From an uncultured Chitinophaga sp. (GTDB taxonomy: Bacteria; Bacteroidota; Bacteroidia; Chitinophagales; Chitinophagaceae), in assembly GCA_964652845.1 (NCBI GenBank), contig CAZZDQ010000005.1, positions 22,959-86,958 of the forward strand: DNA of 64,000 nt. The letters run 5' to 3'. The translations under genes and the position numbers were made by a program. Positions 18,449 to 29,157 of this stretch are shown piece after piece. Positions within the stretch are counted from its first letter, which is position 1; every line of letters starts with the position of its first letter. Below the pieces are notes generated by a model. The model saw only the letters and a program-made list of their open reading frames with translations, was not told the DNA's origin and searched no databases.

Positions 18449-19513
18449 ATGATGGTAATGGAAGAACAGTCGGTCAGACTCACTCAATTCTCGCATGGCG
18501 CCGGATGCGGCTGCAAGATCGCACCTGCTGTGCTGGATGAGATCCTGAAAAGCAGTATTGCTATTCCCGATAAGAAACTGCTCGTGGGAAACAGCAGCAG
18601 GGATGATGCAGCTGTGTACGAACTGGAAAATGACATGGCGCTTATCTCCACCACCGATTTTTTTATGCCTGTCGTGGATGATGCTTATGATTTCGGCCGT
18701 ATCGCTGCCGCCAATGCGATCAGCGATGTATATGCCATGGGCGGGAAACCAATAATGGCTGTGGCCATACTCGGATGGCCTATTGAAAAAATCCCTGTTC
18801 AGCTCGCCAAACAGGTGATCGAAGGCGGGAGAAAAATTTGTACCGAAGCGGGTATTCCGCTGGCAGGCGGGCATAGCATCGATTCTCCGGAACCGATCTT
18901 CGGGCTTTCGGTAAATGGCATTGTCACGACCGGGAATTTAAAGCGAAATAATACTGCCCGGGAAGGCAACCAACTATTCCTGACCAAACCCATCGGGGTC
19001 GGAATTCTATCTACTGCACAAAAAAGAGGGTTGCTGAAAGAAGAGCATTTACCACTCATGATCGAGCAAATGACGACCCTGAATAAGATCGGGGAAAAGC
19101 TTGGGAAAATAAAGGGAGTGACTGCAATGACGGATATCACCGGTTTCGGATTGCTGGGACATTTGATCGAAATGGCTGAAGGAAGCGGCCTGAGCGCTGA
19201 AATTTATTATGATAAAATACCTGTTGCCGCTGGCGTAAAGGATTACATTGCGCAAAAGATTTTTCCGGATGCAACTACAAGGAATTGGAATGGCTACGGG
19301 CAAAGGGTAAAATTTGAAAAAAATGTACCTGTGATGGAAGCATTTACGTTATTGCCGGATCCTCAAACCAACGGTGGATTACTGATCAGTGTAGATAAAC
19401 ATTCAGTTAATGAAATAAGGGAATTGTTTGTAAATAGTGGTCTTGAAAATATTTCTGAACCGATCGGCACAATGCGCAATAAAGAAGATAAAACGGTTTT
19501 TGTTTTACCTTGA
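18449..19513 (+). CDS. selD: Selenide, water dikinase (Cys form)
   Basis: HGAGCGCKI, TTDFF, GGHSI, TDITGFGLLGH and DPQTNGGLL motifs. Confidence 0.96.
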   Translation: MMVMEEQSVRLTQFSHGAGCGCKIAPAVLDEILKSSIAIPDKKLLVGNSSRDDAAVYELENDMALISTTDFFMPVVDDAYDFGRIAAANAISDVYAMGGKPIMAVAILGWPIEKIPVQLAKQVIEGGRKICTEAGIPLAGGHSIDSPEPIFGLSVNGIVTTGNLKRNNTAREGNQLFLTKPIGVGILSTAQKRGLLKEEHLPLMIEQMTTLNKIGEKLGKIKGVTAMTDITGFGLLGHLIEMAEGSGLSAEIYYDKIPVAAGVKDYIAQKIFPDATTRNWNGYGQRVKFEKNVPVMEAFTLLPDPQTNGGLLISVDKHSVNEIRELFVNSGLENISEPIGTMRNKEDKTVFVLP

Positions 19514-19879
19514 TACATACTTCTCCAGCAGGATCGTTCTTATATCCCCATCACAGGCACCGCTTTTTATAGTTTTTACCACATATTTATAAACATTGCC
19601 AACAGCTATACTGTCTTTCAGCAATTGTTCCTTTGAAACATTCTGATTGGTCATGCGTAAGTAACTGATCGTATCCTTTCCCTTGCCGGAAGGGTCATCA
19701 ATTTCAAACCAGGGATTATAATTGCTGCTGTCAGGCGCCACTTCCAGTTTCACCAATTTAGAAGGGAAATCTTTTTCATCATAGACACAGGGCCCGCCAT
19801 CGGGTTTGCTTGTACTGCTTTTGCAGGCCTGAAGGGTTGCCAAAGCAATGAAAACGGAGGAGAGAATGGCCCGGTTCAT
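19505..19879 (-). CDS. Hypothetical lipoprotein
   Basis: Lipobox LQAC after a hydrophobic N-terminus. Confidence 0.7.
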   Translation of the reverse strand: MNRAILSSVFIALATLQACKSSTSKPDGGPCVYDEKDFPSKLVKLEVAPDSSNYNPWFEIDDPSGKGKDTISYLRMTNQNVSKEQLLKDSIAVGNVYKYVVKTIKSGACDGDIRTILLEKYVSR

Positions 19880-20113
19880 TTATTTTAATAATGCATCTAT
19901 TTTATCCGTGAGTTTACGGTCCTTATCTGTAACAATATTCCCGGCTGAATGGGTATTCAGCCAGATCTCCACTGAGTTCCACACATTCGTCCAACGTGGA
20001 TGATGATCCATTTTTTCCGCTTCGATCGCCACGCGGGTCATGAAGGCAAAAGCTTCGCTGAAATCTTTAAACACGAATTTTTTGTACAGTGTGTTATCCT
20101 TTTCTTCCCACAT
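19880..20113 (-). CDS. phhB: Pterin-4-alpha-carbinolamine dehydratase
   Basis: F-K-D-F and HHP motifs, WLNTH. Confidence 0.9.
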   Translation of the reverse strand: MWEEKDNTLYKKFVFKDFSEAFAFMTRVAIEAEKMDHHPRWTNVWNSVEIWLNTHSAGNIVTDKDRKLTDKIDALLK

Positions 20114-20126
20114 GTTAATAATAATT

Positions 20127-20576
20127 TTAAAATATCAGGTGCTGCTTGTTCCTGATCTTGTCATTGGTCAGTTCCGTCACCATCTGAACCTGGGAGATGC
20201 TTTTAATGATTTGTACGGTCTCATTCAGCAATTCATTGCAAACGGCCTCGCCCTTCAGCAACCATAAAAAATCCATATGTTTCAGTTCGGGCAGGAGGTA
20301 TTCCCCGTCAAATTGATTATTATAGACATAATGCGATAATAAGCGGGCCGGTTCGCAATATTCATAAACGGAAAAAAAATAACGGCGCTTCTTTTTGATC
20401 AGTTGGATCTCGTAATCACTGTTCAGCCTGAAATTCAACCCAAGAATATTGTTGAAATGCCAGCAGAGCTGGTAGTCCTTCAAAGGGGCCATGATACCGA
20501 GCAGGCGGGTGTCGTCAAAAAAATAGTCCGTCATCTGTTGCGTGTCCAGGACCAGTTTTGTATTCCGCTCTGCCAT
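20127..20576 (-). CDS. IPExxxVDY-family protein
   Basis: [10 protein letters not shown] motif variant of this Bacteroidota family; size is typical. Confidence 0.8.
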   Translation of the reverse strand: MAERNTKLVLDTQQMTDYFFDDTRLLGIMAPLKDYQLCWHFNNILGLNFRLNSDYEIQLIKKKRRYFFSVYEYCEPARLLSHYVYNNQFDGEYLLPELKHMDFLWLLKGEAVCNELLNETVQIIKSISQVQMVTELTNDKIRNKQHLIF

Positions 20577-20656
20577 ACTGTGAAATTAAGAAATAGTTAC
20601 CATGGCAAACCAGGCTTAAGTCTGGGGTTGGCATCTACTATATCCGTATTCCCTTC

Positions 20657-21889
20657 TTAAAACTCCACTGGTGCAGTCATTATTTCATCACCCCGTTTGA
20701 ATTTAACAGTTGTTTTATCCCCTTTTTTGAATTTACCAAGGGTCTGCATGTATTGCTCCATGGAATTAGTGGGGTAATCGCCCAGTTGGAGAATGATATC
20801 ACCTGCCTTCAGGCCTGCTTTTTGAGCCGGTCTGCCATCGCTTACTCCATCAGCCCGCACGCCGGTACCGGCAAAAGTATAATCCGGCATGATTCCCATC
20901 GTAACGCTGAAACGGGCCGAAGTGGTGGTCTGCGTTTCCCGGGTCTTGGTGAAAGCCAGTTTTGGTTTTGCATCCAGCATACTGATCACTTGTAAAATAT
21001 TTTCCACCACTTCATATTCACCGGTGTAATTGATTTTATCTGCATCATCCGAGGGTTTATGATAGTCCGCATGCAGCCCGGTGAAATAAAATAAGACAGG
21101 GATATCCTTCCTGTAAAATGAAGTATGATCGCTGGGACCCGTGCCGCTGCTGTCGAACTTATAAATGAAGGGACTTCCCTTTACAACCGGTGAGCCAGGA
21201 TCAGAAAAAATTCCGCTCCAGGCAGGCGAGGTACCATAACCACCGATGGTCAGTACTTTCGTACTGTCATTCAGCCTGCCCACCATATCCATATTGATCA
21301 TATAATCCGCCGCAGATAAATTGATGGTGGGATGTTCCGTAAAATATTTTGAGCCGAATAAACCCAGCTCTTCCCCGGAAAAAGCAATGAACAAATAGTT
21401 ATTGTTTTTTGCATTTGAATATTTCAAAAGCTTTGCCAGTTCCATCAATGCTGCTGTTCCGCTGGCATTATCATCAGCACCATTATGTATCTCAGGGATT
21501 TTTGAGGTGCTTCTTGAATTACTGTCTTCCCCATACCCCAGGTGATCATAATGCGCGCCAAGGATCACTGTTGCCGGGGCATGATTGTCAAGATAACCGA
21601 TCACATTATGACCGATCCTTTTCTCATTTTTCACCGGGAAGGATTGAAAATAACCGCTGTCTCCTTTCGGTGATAAGCCCGCCGCTTTGAAATGGTCGGC
21701 TATAAATATCATAGCCAGTTTTTCTCCGTTAGTGGCCGTTCGCCGGCCCTCCAGTTTGTCATCCGCCAGGTAGTAGATCGAATTCTTGATATCATTCGTA
21801 ACATTTGTTTCAGATTGAGCCATTTTTTTACCCGCCGTACAGGCTGCGAGGCATACAAAGGGCATCATTAACTTCAAAATCCTCATCAT
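20657..21889 (-). CDS. M28 metallopeptidase with C-terminal PDZ domain (lipoprotein)
   Basis: GAHYDH, GADDNASG, SGEELG, NMDM and SDH motifs; PDZ-like tail; lipobox LAAC. Confidence 0.9.
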   Translation of the reverse strand: MMRILKLMMPFVCLAACTAGKKMAQSETNVTNDIKNSIYYLADDKLEGRRTATNGEKLAMIFIADHFKAAGLSPKGDSGYFQSFPVKNEKRIGHNVIGYLDNHAPATVILGAHYDHLGYGEDSNSRSTSKIPEIHNGADDNASGTAALMELAKLLKYSNAKNNNYLFIAFSGEELGLFGSKYFTEHPTINLSAADYMINMDMVGRLNDSTKVLTIGGYGTSPAWSGIFSDPGSPVVKGSPFIYKFDSSGTGPSDHTSFYRKDIPVLFYFTGLHADYHKPSDDADKINYTGEYEVVENILQVISMLDAKPKLAFTKTRETQTTTSARFSVTMGIMPDYTFAGTGVRADGVSDGRPAQKAGLKAGDIILQLGDYPTNSMEQYMQTLGKFKKGDKTTVKFKRGDEIMTAPVEF

Positions 21890-22043
21890 AGAAAGTTTTT
21901 AACCCGCAAAGGTTCATTTTATTTCCTAAGAAGCATTACCGTCATTCATATTTTATAAAATATTTTCTTATTTCGCAGGCCTAAAATCCGCATTTCGTAA
22001 GTCTGCCGCTGATGCGAATTTTAGTTTTGAGGGTTATCATTGA

Positions 22044-24161
22044 ATGGGAGAAAAACAAATTCATATAGCCATTGCGGGAAATCCCAACAGCGGGAAAAGC
22101 TCCCTGTTCAACTGCCTGACCGGACTGCACCAGAAAGTGGGCAATTTCCCGGGCGTGACGGTGGACAAAAAAACCGGCTATACCCTTTTACCCGATAAAC
22201 AAAAAGCCCTGGTCATTGACTTGCCGGGTTCTTACAGTTTATACCCTCGCCGTAATGATGAATGGGTCGGTTATAAGGTCTTGCTGAATCCCGGCGAAGA
22301 ACTCAGTCCTGATATCATTGTCGTGGTGGCTGATGCAAGCAACCTGAAAAGAAACCTGCTTTTCTGCACCCAGATCATGGACCTGAAAAAACCGGTGATC
22401 ATTGCGCTGACCATGATGGACCTGGCAAAAAGAAAGGGGATCCGGATCAATGTGCCCGAACTGGAAAGACAACTCGGCGTACCTGTAATACCTGTCAATC
22501 CCCGGCACGATAAAGGCATACCCGAATTAAAGAAGATGATCGTTTCGGTGCTGGGAAAACATCTGACAGCGGAAAATGATTTTATTGACAGCAGTTCTTT
22601 GGCCCTGGCCCCTGTTGCCGAGATCCGGGAGCAAATCCCTTCCCTCAGCAACTATTCAGCCATTCATTACCTGATCAATCATGAAAATTTCTCCCTGGAT
22701 CATCACCTCCAGGAATCGATTGAGACGATTGAACGAAAAAATAATTTTAACCATACCAAAACACAGGCAGAAGAGATATTGCAACGGTACAACCGCATCA
22801 AACAAGTGATGCATTTAACGGTGACCGAACCGGATCCCGAACAAAAAAAGCTATTCACCGACCGCCTGGATGATGTTTTACTGCACCGTTTCTGGGGCTA
22901 TATCATCATGTTGTGCGTTTTGTTCCTCCTTTTCCAGAGCATTTTCTGGCTGGCTCAATACCCGATGGACGCCATTGATTTCGGGTTTGCAAAATTATCT
23001 CAATCACTTGCCAATATATTACCGGATAACCGCTGGACCGATCTCCTGCTCAACGGGATCATTGCCGGGCTGAACGGGATACTTGTGTTTGTGCCCCAGA
23101 TCATGATCCTTTTCGGGCTTATTACGCTGCTGGAAGACAGCGGTTATATGGCCCGGATCAGTTTTTTGACGGATAAGCTCATGCGCAAAGTGGGCCTGAA
23201 CGGAAAGAGCGTTATGCCCATGATCAGCGGGTTCGCCTGCGCTGTGCCCGCCATCATGAGCGCCCGCGGCATTGAGAACAGGAAAGAAAGATTGCTGACA
23301 ATTTTGATCACACCGCTCATGAGTTGCTCGGCCCGTCTGCCGGTCTATACGATCCTAATCGGCCTCGTGGTGCCGCACCGGTTTCTTTTCGGATTCCTGG
23401 GACTGCAAGGCCTGGTAATGATGTGCCTCTACCTGCTGGGTCTTATATTCGGACTGATCGTAGCCTTTGTGGCGCAGGCATTCATAAAGATCAAAGAAAA
23501 AAGTTTTTTTATCCTGGAGTTGCCGCTTTATCGCCCGCCACGCTGGAGAAACCTGCCGGCCGTCATGATCAGTAAGGCCAGGATCTTCGTTACCCAGGCG
23601 GGCAAGGTCATCATGATCATCAGTTTGATCATCTGGTCACTTTCTTCCTTCGGTCCGGGTCGTACCATGAAAAAACTGGATACAGAATATGCCCTGAGAG
23701 TAAAACAGAAAGGCGCGGATGAAAATTCTTTATCAAAGGAATTAAAAGCAAAAAAACTACAGGCTTCCTATGCCGGCTTGCTGGGCAGGAACATCGAACC
23801 AGCTATCAAACCCCTTGGTTACGACTGGAAGATCGGCATAGCACTGATCTCCTCCTTTGCTGCAAGGGAGGTCTTTGTGGGTACCATGGCCACATTGTAC
23901 AGTGTGGGAGGTGACAACAAGAGCAGCCTTGAACTGAAACAAAAAATGAAAGCTGCAGTAAAAGAAGACGGCACACCTGTTTTCACGCTCGCAACGGCCC
24001 TGTCACTGATGATATTTTATGTATTTGCCATGCAATGCATGAGTACGCTGGCTGTAGTGAGAAGGGAGACCGGCAGCTGGAAATGGCCGATTATCCAGGT
24101 CATTTATATGACGGGGCTGGCTTATTTGATGAGTTGGCTAGTATATCATTTGTTTAAATGA
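22044..24161 (+). CDS. feoB: Ferrous iron transporter B
   Basis: GNPNSGKS, VGNFPGVT and DLPG G-domain motifs; SCSARLP in the membrane domain. Confidence 0.96.
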   Translation: MGEKQIHIAIAGNPNSGKSSLFNCLTGLHQKVGNFPGVTVDKKTGYTLLPDKQKALVIDLPGSYSLYPRRNDEWVGYKVLLNPGEELSPDIIVVVADASNLKRNLLFCTQIMDLKKPVIIALTMMDLAKRKGIRINVPELERQLGVPVIPVNPRHDKGIPELKKMIVSVLGKHLTAENDFIDSSSLALAPVAEIREQIPSLSNYSAIHYLINHENFSLDHHLQESIETIERKNNFNHTKTQAEEILQRYNRIKQVMHLTVTEPDPEQKKLFTDRLDDVLLHRFWGYIIMLCVLFLLFQSIFWLAQYPMDAIDFGFAKLSQSLANILPDNRWTDLLLNGIIAGLNGILVFVPQIMILFGLITLLEDSGYMARISFLTDKLMRKVGLNGKSVMPMISGFACAVPAIMSARGIENRKERLLTILITPLMSCSARLPVYTILIGLVVPHRFLFGFLGLQGLVMMCLYLLGLIFGLIVAFVAQAFIKIKEKSFFILELPLYRPPRWRNLPAVMISKARIFVTQAGKVIMIISLIIWSLSSFGPGRTMKKLDTEYALRVKQKGADENSLSKELKAKKLQASYAGLLGRNIEPAIKPLGYDWKIGIALISSFAAREVFVGTMATLYSVGGDNKSSLELKQKMKAAVKEDGTPVFTLATALSLMIFYVFAMQCMSTLAVVRRETGSWKWPIIQVIYMTGLAYLMSWLVYHLFK

Positions 24162-24178
24162 AATTGTCTTACTTAATA

Positions 24179-24279
24179 TTTCAGACAAAGACTGCAAAGT
24201 TGCGCAGCGTCGCAAAGACACACGATAACAGCGCTTATGGTTTTCTTTGCGGGCATTTTCTTTGTGCCATTGCGTGAAA
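24179..24279. repeat. REP-like intergenic palindrome
   Basis: tttca-(r)caaag units on the left mirrored by ctttgc/ctttgt/cattgcgtgaaa on the right, between convergent genes. Confidence 0.65.
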
Positions 24280-24282
24280 TCA

Positions 24283-25158
24283 TTAAAACCCCGGCTCAAA
24301 ATAATTCCATAACATAGAAGATATTTTCCTTGCCATCACCCAGGCTTCATTATCATGCACCCAGCGAGTATCTTTATTGTTCTTCGTAAAGATGCAAAAG
24401 ATATAGGGATGATGCGGGGCATTCACCAGCATCACTTCGCTGCGGCTAGCATCCACGCAGCCATTCTTACTGAACACTTCAATGGTAGGCGGCACCCGGG
24501 AAATACCTTCATCCTCATCCCAGAAATTTCTGCCCAGGCAGCGCATCATGCGATCGCAAAGCGAATCGGAAAATAATTGATGGCGATAAATTTTCTCCAT
24601 CAGCATTGCCGCTTCTGCCGGCGTGGTCTGACCCCAGCCACATCGAGCCCGGTTCATTTCCCTGCCCGGGGTCCTTGAATTCACACGGGTATCTTTCAAC
24701 CCGATGCTGTCCATGATGGCATTGATCCGCGTGCCCTTGCCGGCCATGCTCTGTAACCAGAGACTGGCTGTATTATCGCTGGTGGTCAGCATCAGCATGA
24801 TGAGCTTTTTCAGCGTGATCTTCTCATTGCTCTTAAAAGAACCGAGAATATCCTCTCCTTCATAGAGCAGGGAATCCTTATACGTATAGGCAGAATCATA
24901 ATTCAGTTCTCCCCTTCTCATTTTATCAATGATGCCCGTGAAGATCTGGAGTTTGACGATGCTCGCCGTAGGAAAAACGGTATCTGCATTCACAGCGGCA
25001 ACAGCGCCTGTATTGATGTTTTTTACGAAGAGACCGATATCGCCATTATAACCTGCTACAACTTCCCGGAGTTTTGATTGTAATTTCCTGTCCGTCTTTT
25101 GTGCACAGAGGTTTGCCGAGAGGGCCAATAAAAAAAGGAGCGGGTATATTTTTTTCAT
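24283..25158 (-). CDS. Class A beta-lactamase-like serine hydrolase
   Basis: SIVK (SxxK), SDN and KNG motifs; signal peptide. Confidence 0.8.
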   Translation of the reverse strand: MKKIYPLLFLLALSANLCAQKTDRKLQSKLREVVAGYNGDIGLFVKNINTGAVAAVNADTVFPTASIVKLQIFTGIIDKMRRGELNYDSAYTYKDSLLYEGEDILGSFKSNEKITLKKLIMLMLTTSDNTASLWLQSMAGKGTRINAIMDSIGLKDTRVNSRTPGREMNRARCGWGQTTPAEAAMLMEKIYRHQLFSDSLCDRMMRCLGRNFWDEDEGISRVPPTIEVFSKNGCVDASRSEVMLVNAPHHPYIFCIFTKNNKDTRWVHDNEAWVMARKISSMLWNYFEPGF

Positions 25159-25161
25159 GGT

Positions 25162-26487
25162 TCATTTATTCATGTAGTCCAATACGAGCTGGCAAAAGGC
25201 CTTAATGCCGGTTTTCATCCCGCTTTCATCAATATAGAACCCCGCTGTGTGATGAGGCGGCGCTTTGGCGGGATCATTTCCCTTTGGCATCCCGCCGATA
25301 TTGAAGAAAAAAGCGGGTGCCTTTCTACCGTAATAGGAAAAATCCTCCGCCCCCGTCTGCCATTCCGTTTCGGAGACATTATCCGTTCCGGCAGCTAACT
25401 GCAGGGAGGGAATTGTTTTTGCGACAAGCCCGGGATCATTATAGGTCACCAGTGTCTTGGTGTCGATAGTCACTTCTGCCATGGCGCCCGAAGCTTCGGC
25501 AATTTTGATGGCTGTATTCCTGATCCTTTCGTGCACATCTTTTTGGATCGTATTATCCAGTGTCCGGATCGTACCGTCCATCACACATTCTTCGGGGATG
25601 ATATTGCTTCTTACGCCTGCATTGATTTTTCCTACGGTGATGACCACGGGTGATTTGGTAAGGTCAGACTGCCGGCTGACAATATTCTGTAACCCTTCAA
25701 TGATCTGTGCCGAAATCTGGATAGGATCGATTCCCCGCCAGGGTTGTGAACCATGGCTACCCTTTCCTTTTACCACAATATGAAACCAATCGGATGAGGC
25801 CATGAAAGCACCCGGTTTATAATGGATCTTACCCACTTCCAGGTTCGATTCGATATGCAGGCCGAAAATCACATCCACTTTGGGGTCCTCCATTGCACCC
25901 TCCTTGATCATCAGCGGCGCACCGCCTTCTTCCCCTTCGGGAGGGCCCTCCTCTGAGGGCTGGAAGATGAATTTGACCGAGCCTTTCAGTTTATCTTTCA
26001 TACCTGATAATATCTGTGCCACACTCATCAGGATGGCAACATGTGTATCGTGACCGCAGGCATGCATCACGCCTACTTCCTGGCCGTTATAAGTTGACTT
26101 TTGTTTGGAGGCAAAGGGCAGATCAACTGTTTCTGTGAGAGGAAGCGCATCCATATCGGCCCTTAGAGCGATGCATGGCCCCGGATTTTTTCCCCGAAGC
26201 AGGCCCACCACTCCGGTCTTCCCCACTTTTTCCTTCACTTCTATACCCAGGCTCCTCAAATGATCCGCGATAAGCTTTGCTGTTTTGACTTCACGGTTGC
26301 CCAGTTCAGGATTCTGGTGAATGGTGCGGCGCCACTGGATGCATTGCGGCTCGATCTTATCAGCGGCGGCCGAAATGATTTCTTTCCATTGAAGGGAACT
26401 GTTTTGCGAAACAGAGACAAACGGGATCAACAAACAGAACAGATAAATTCGGGCGCGCATAAAGATTTTTGTTTCAATATACGTCAA
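25162..26487 (-). CDS. M20D amidohydrolase (N-acyl-amino-acid amidohydrolase-like)
   Basis: HQNPEL, RADMDAL, MHACGHD, FQPSEE and AEDF motifs. Confidence 0.9.
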   Translation of the reverse strand: MTYIETKIFMRARIYLFCLLIPFVSVSQNSSLQWKEIISAAADKIEPQCIQWRRTIHQNPELGNREVKTAKLIADHLRSLGIEVKEKVGKTGVVGLLRGKNPGPCIALRADMDALPLTETVDLPFASKQKSTYNGQEVGVMHACGHDTHVAILMSVAQILSGMKDKLKGSVKFIFQPSEEGPPEGEEGGAPLMIKEGAMEDPKVDVIFGLHIESNLEVGKIHYKPGAFMASSDWFHIVVKGKGSHGSQPWRGIDPIQISAQIIEGLQNIVSRQSDLTKSPVVITVGKINAGVRSNIIPEECVMDGTIRTLDNTIQKDVHERIRNTAIKIAEASGAMAEVTIDTKTLVTYNDPGLVAKTIPSLQLAAGTDNVSETEWQTGAEDFSYYGRKAPAFFFNIGGMPKGNDPAKAPPHHTAGFYIDESGMKTGIKAFCQLVLDYMNK

Positions 26488-26544
26488 ATAGATAATTTGA
26501 GGGGATCGTTTACGCCATAGGGGAATTTAATTATATTTATCCCG

Positions 26545-27789
26545 ATGTTATTGCGCCATATACCCTTCCTGCGGAATGTATTTTTATTCAGCCTGACCGC
26601 TTTCGGCGGGCCGCAGGCACACCTGGCACTGATGATGCGGCGTTTTGTGAAGAAAACGCCCTATATATCCGAGCAGGAGCTGATGGAATACAATGCATTT
26701 TGCCAACTGCTTCCCGGAGCTTCATCCACGCAAACCATTACGCTGATCGGTTATAAGAGAGGTGGAGTTCCCCTGGCCGTCCTCACCCTGATCATCTGGA
26801 TCCTGCCTGCCTCTATTTTAATGGGCGCATTTTCCTTTCTCCTTCATTATTTCGATAAAAATGCCCTGGATACCGATATTTTTATTTTCATTGCCCCGAT
26901 GGCCGCCGGTTTTCTGGTGAATGCCACGGCCGTGATATTCAATCATGCCATCAATAACACCATCACCTGGATCATTATGCTGGGCAGCGCGGGGGCTACT
27001 TATTTTTTATTCAATGATCCCTGGATATTCCCGGTGCTGATCATATTAGGCGGGGTCGCCACCAATTTCAGCAAGAAAAGGATCCCCCAGACGGAAGAAA
27101 AGCCCAGGAAGATCAAGTGGTGGAATTTCTGGCTCTTTGGGATCATTTTCATTGTGGCAGCCTTTGTTAGCGAGGAAGCAAAGAATCACAACTGGCCCAA
27201 TCGTCGCTCCATCAACCTGTTTGAAAATACTTACCGCATGGGCAGCCTCGTTTTCGGAGGCGGCCACGTACTCATGCCCATGATGTATGAGCAGTTCAGT
27301 ATCCGCCCGGATGTGGCCAAGGATACCAATGTGGTTCAGATCGACAAGGAGGATATGTATACGGGGATGGGTATGGTGCGAGCCGTGCCCGGGCCACTGT
27401 TTTCTATCGCTTCATTTGCCGGGGGCATGGCCATGGAAGATATGGGCAGCCAGATGCAATTGATCGGCTGTTTGATCGGCATGGTTGCCATTTTTTTGCC
27501 CAGCGCCCTCCTGGTGCTTTTCTTCTTTCCCATCTGGAACAACCTTAAGAAATATGCGGGCATCTACCGCTCTATCGAAGGTATTAATGCAGTGGTGGTG
27601 GGTATCATGATCGCCTCCACTTTCTATATCATGAAGGATATTTCCATCACAGAATTCAAATCCATCAGCATCGCCAATATCAGCGTGATCGTAGGCACCT
27701 TCCTGTTACTGCACTTCACCAGGATCCCCACACCGGTCATCGTCTTTTTGTGTTTGCTCCTGGGGTATTTTGCGCAATACATTACCTGA
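26545..27789 (+). CDS. chrA: Chromate efflux transporter (CHR family)
   Basis: AFGGP, QLLPG, FGGG and PGPL motifs in two repeated halves. Confidence 0.9.
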   Translation: MLLRHIPFLRNVFLFSLTAFGGPQAHLALMMRRFVKKTPYISEQELMEYNAFCQLLPGASSTQTITLIGYKRGGVPLAVLTLIIWILPASILMGAFSFLLHYFDKNALDTDIFIFIAPMAAGFLVNATAVIFNHAINNTITWIIMLGSAGATYFLFNDPWIFPVLIILGGVATNFSKKRIPQTEEKPRKIKWWNFWLFGIIFIVAAFVSEEAKNHNWPNRRSINLFENTYRMGSLVFGGGHVLMPMMYEQFSIRPDVAKDTNVVQIDKEDMYTGMGMVRAVPGPLFSIASFAGGMAMEDMGSQMQLIGCLIGMVAIFLPSALLVLFFFPIWNNLKKYAGIYRSIEGINAVVVGIMIASTFYIMKDISITEFKSISIANISVIVGTFLLLHFTRIPTPVIVFLCLLLGYFAQYIT

Positions 27790-27957
27790 TAAATAACCCA
27801 ACCCGGGGGATCATGTTTTTGTTGAAGGATCGGGAAGAAGTAATATTCTTCTCTTTCCGGTATTCTTCAGGGAATTTACCGTTAAAATTCATGCAAACAG
27901 GGCTGTTTCCTTGTGCAAAGCTCCCGATACGGGCATCTACCCTATCAAATTTATTTT

Positions 27958-29148
27958 ATGAATTGGAAAATCATACCCCTGGCAGCTTTGGCCCTCGCTG
28001 CCATCTCCGGTTTTTCGACGGGAGATAACAGCAACACCACCCAGGCATTTTCAAAACCATCATACTTCATTCACAAACCCCGCCCTGAGACCAAAAAGAT
28101 CCAGGTGGCCATTTTGCTGGATGTAAGCAATAGTATGGACGGCCTCATCAGCCAGGCCAAATCCCAGTTATGGAATATGGTCACCACACTGGGCCGGGCC
28201 AAATGCACGGATGAAACCAGTCCCCAGGTACAGGTGGCACTTTATGAATACGGCCGCAGTACCAATGAGGTGATCAAGGGGTATGTGAAACAACTGAGTC
28301 CATTCACGCAGGACCTGGACAGCGTTTCAAAGATATTATTCGGCCTTACGACCAATGGCGGGGATGAATATTGCGGGCAGGTCATCTATACTTCCCTCAA
28401 TGAACTGCAATGGGACAATTCAACCGATGAATACAAAGTGATCTTCATTGCCGGCAACGAGGATTTCCTGCAAGGAAATTTATTATATACCACGGCTTGT
28501 ACCAAAGCAAAGGAAAAAGGAGTGATCGTGAACACGATCTACTGCGGCGACAGGATGCAGGGTATCAAAGAACACTGGAATCTCCTTGGCGAATGCGGGA
28601 ACGGCAGTTTTACCAATATCAACCAGGATGAAAAAGAGATCGAAATACCCACTCCCTACGACAGCACCCTCATCGTGCTCAACAGCAAACTGAACAATAC
28701 CTATATCAGTTATGGCTATTCCGGGAAATACAAAGCGCAATTGCAGGAAGAGATGGATAAAACTAATTTTTCAGCCAGCAGCGGGGCGGGCCTCCAGCGG
28801 GTAAACGCCAAGGCCATGAGTAATACCTATAACAATGCTTCCTGGGACCTGGTAGATGCACTTAAAGCAGATAATGGTTATTTGAATAAAGTTGACAGAA
28901 AAACATTGCCGGACAGTTTACAGCATAAAACCACCAAAGAATTGGATGAGTTCGTAAAACAGAAAACGGCAGAAAGAAATTCAATTCAGCAACAGATCTT
29001 GTCCGCCAATGCTGGTCGCAACAAATATATTGCCGAAGAGAAAGCAAAAAATGCGGCTAATAATGGTGCTCAAACCCTTGAATCGGCCGTTGAAAACACG
29101 ATACGCGAGCAAGTAAAGCGATTTGCTATGCAGATACCGAAAAACTGA
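27958..29148 (+). CDS. Exported VWA-domain protein
   Basis: MIDAS motif LLDVSNSM, VIFIAGNE, signal peptide. Confidence 0.85.
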   Translation: MNWKIIPLAALALAAISGFSTGDNSNTTQAFSKPSYFIHKPRPETKKIQVAILLDVSNSMDGLISQAKSQLWNMVTTLGRAKCTDETSPQVQVALYEYGRSTNEVIKGYVKQLSPFTQDLDSVSKILFGLTTNGGDEYCGQVIYTSLNELQWDNSTDEYKVIFIAGNEDFLQGNLLYTTACTKAKEKGVIVNTIYCGDRMQGIKEHWNLLGECGNGSFTNINQDEKEIEIPTPYDSTLIVLNSKLNNTYISYGYSGKYKAQLQEEMDKTNFSASSGAGLQRVNAKAMSNTYNNASWDLVDALKADNGYLNKVDRKTLPDSLQHKTTKELDEFVKQKTAERNSIQQQILSANAGRNKYIAEEKAKNAANNGAQTLESAVENTIREQVKRFAMQIPKN

Positions 29149-29157
29149 TCCTGCTGC

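Noticed and set aside
18449-19513. Selenocysteine (UGA) recoding in selD
   Set aside because: The active-site codons are TGC (Cys) and the frame has no internal stop.
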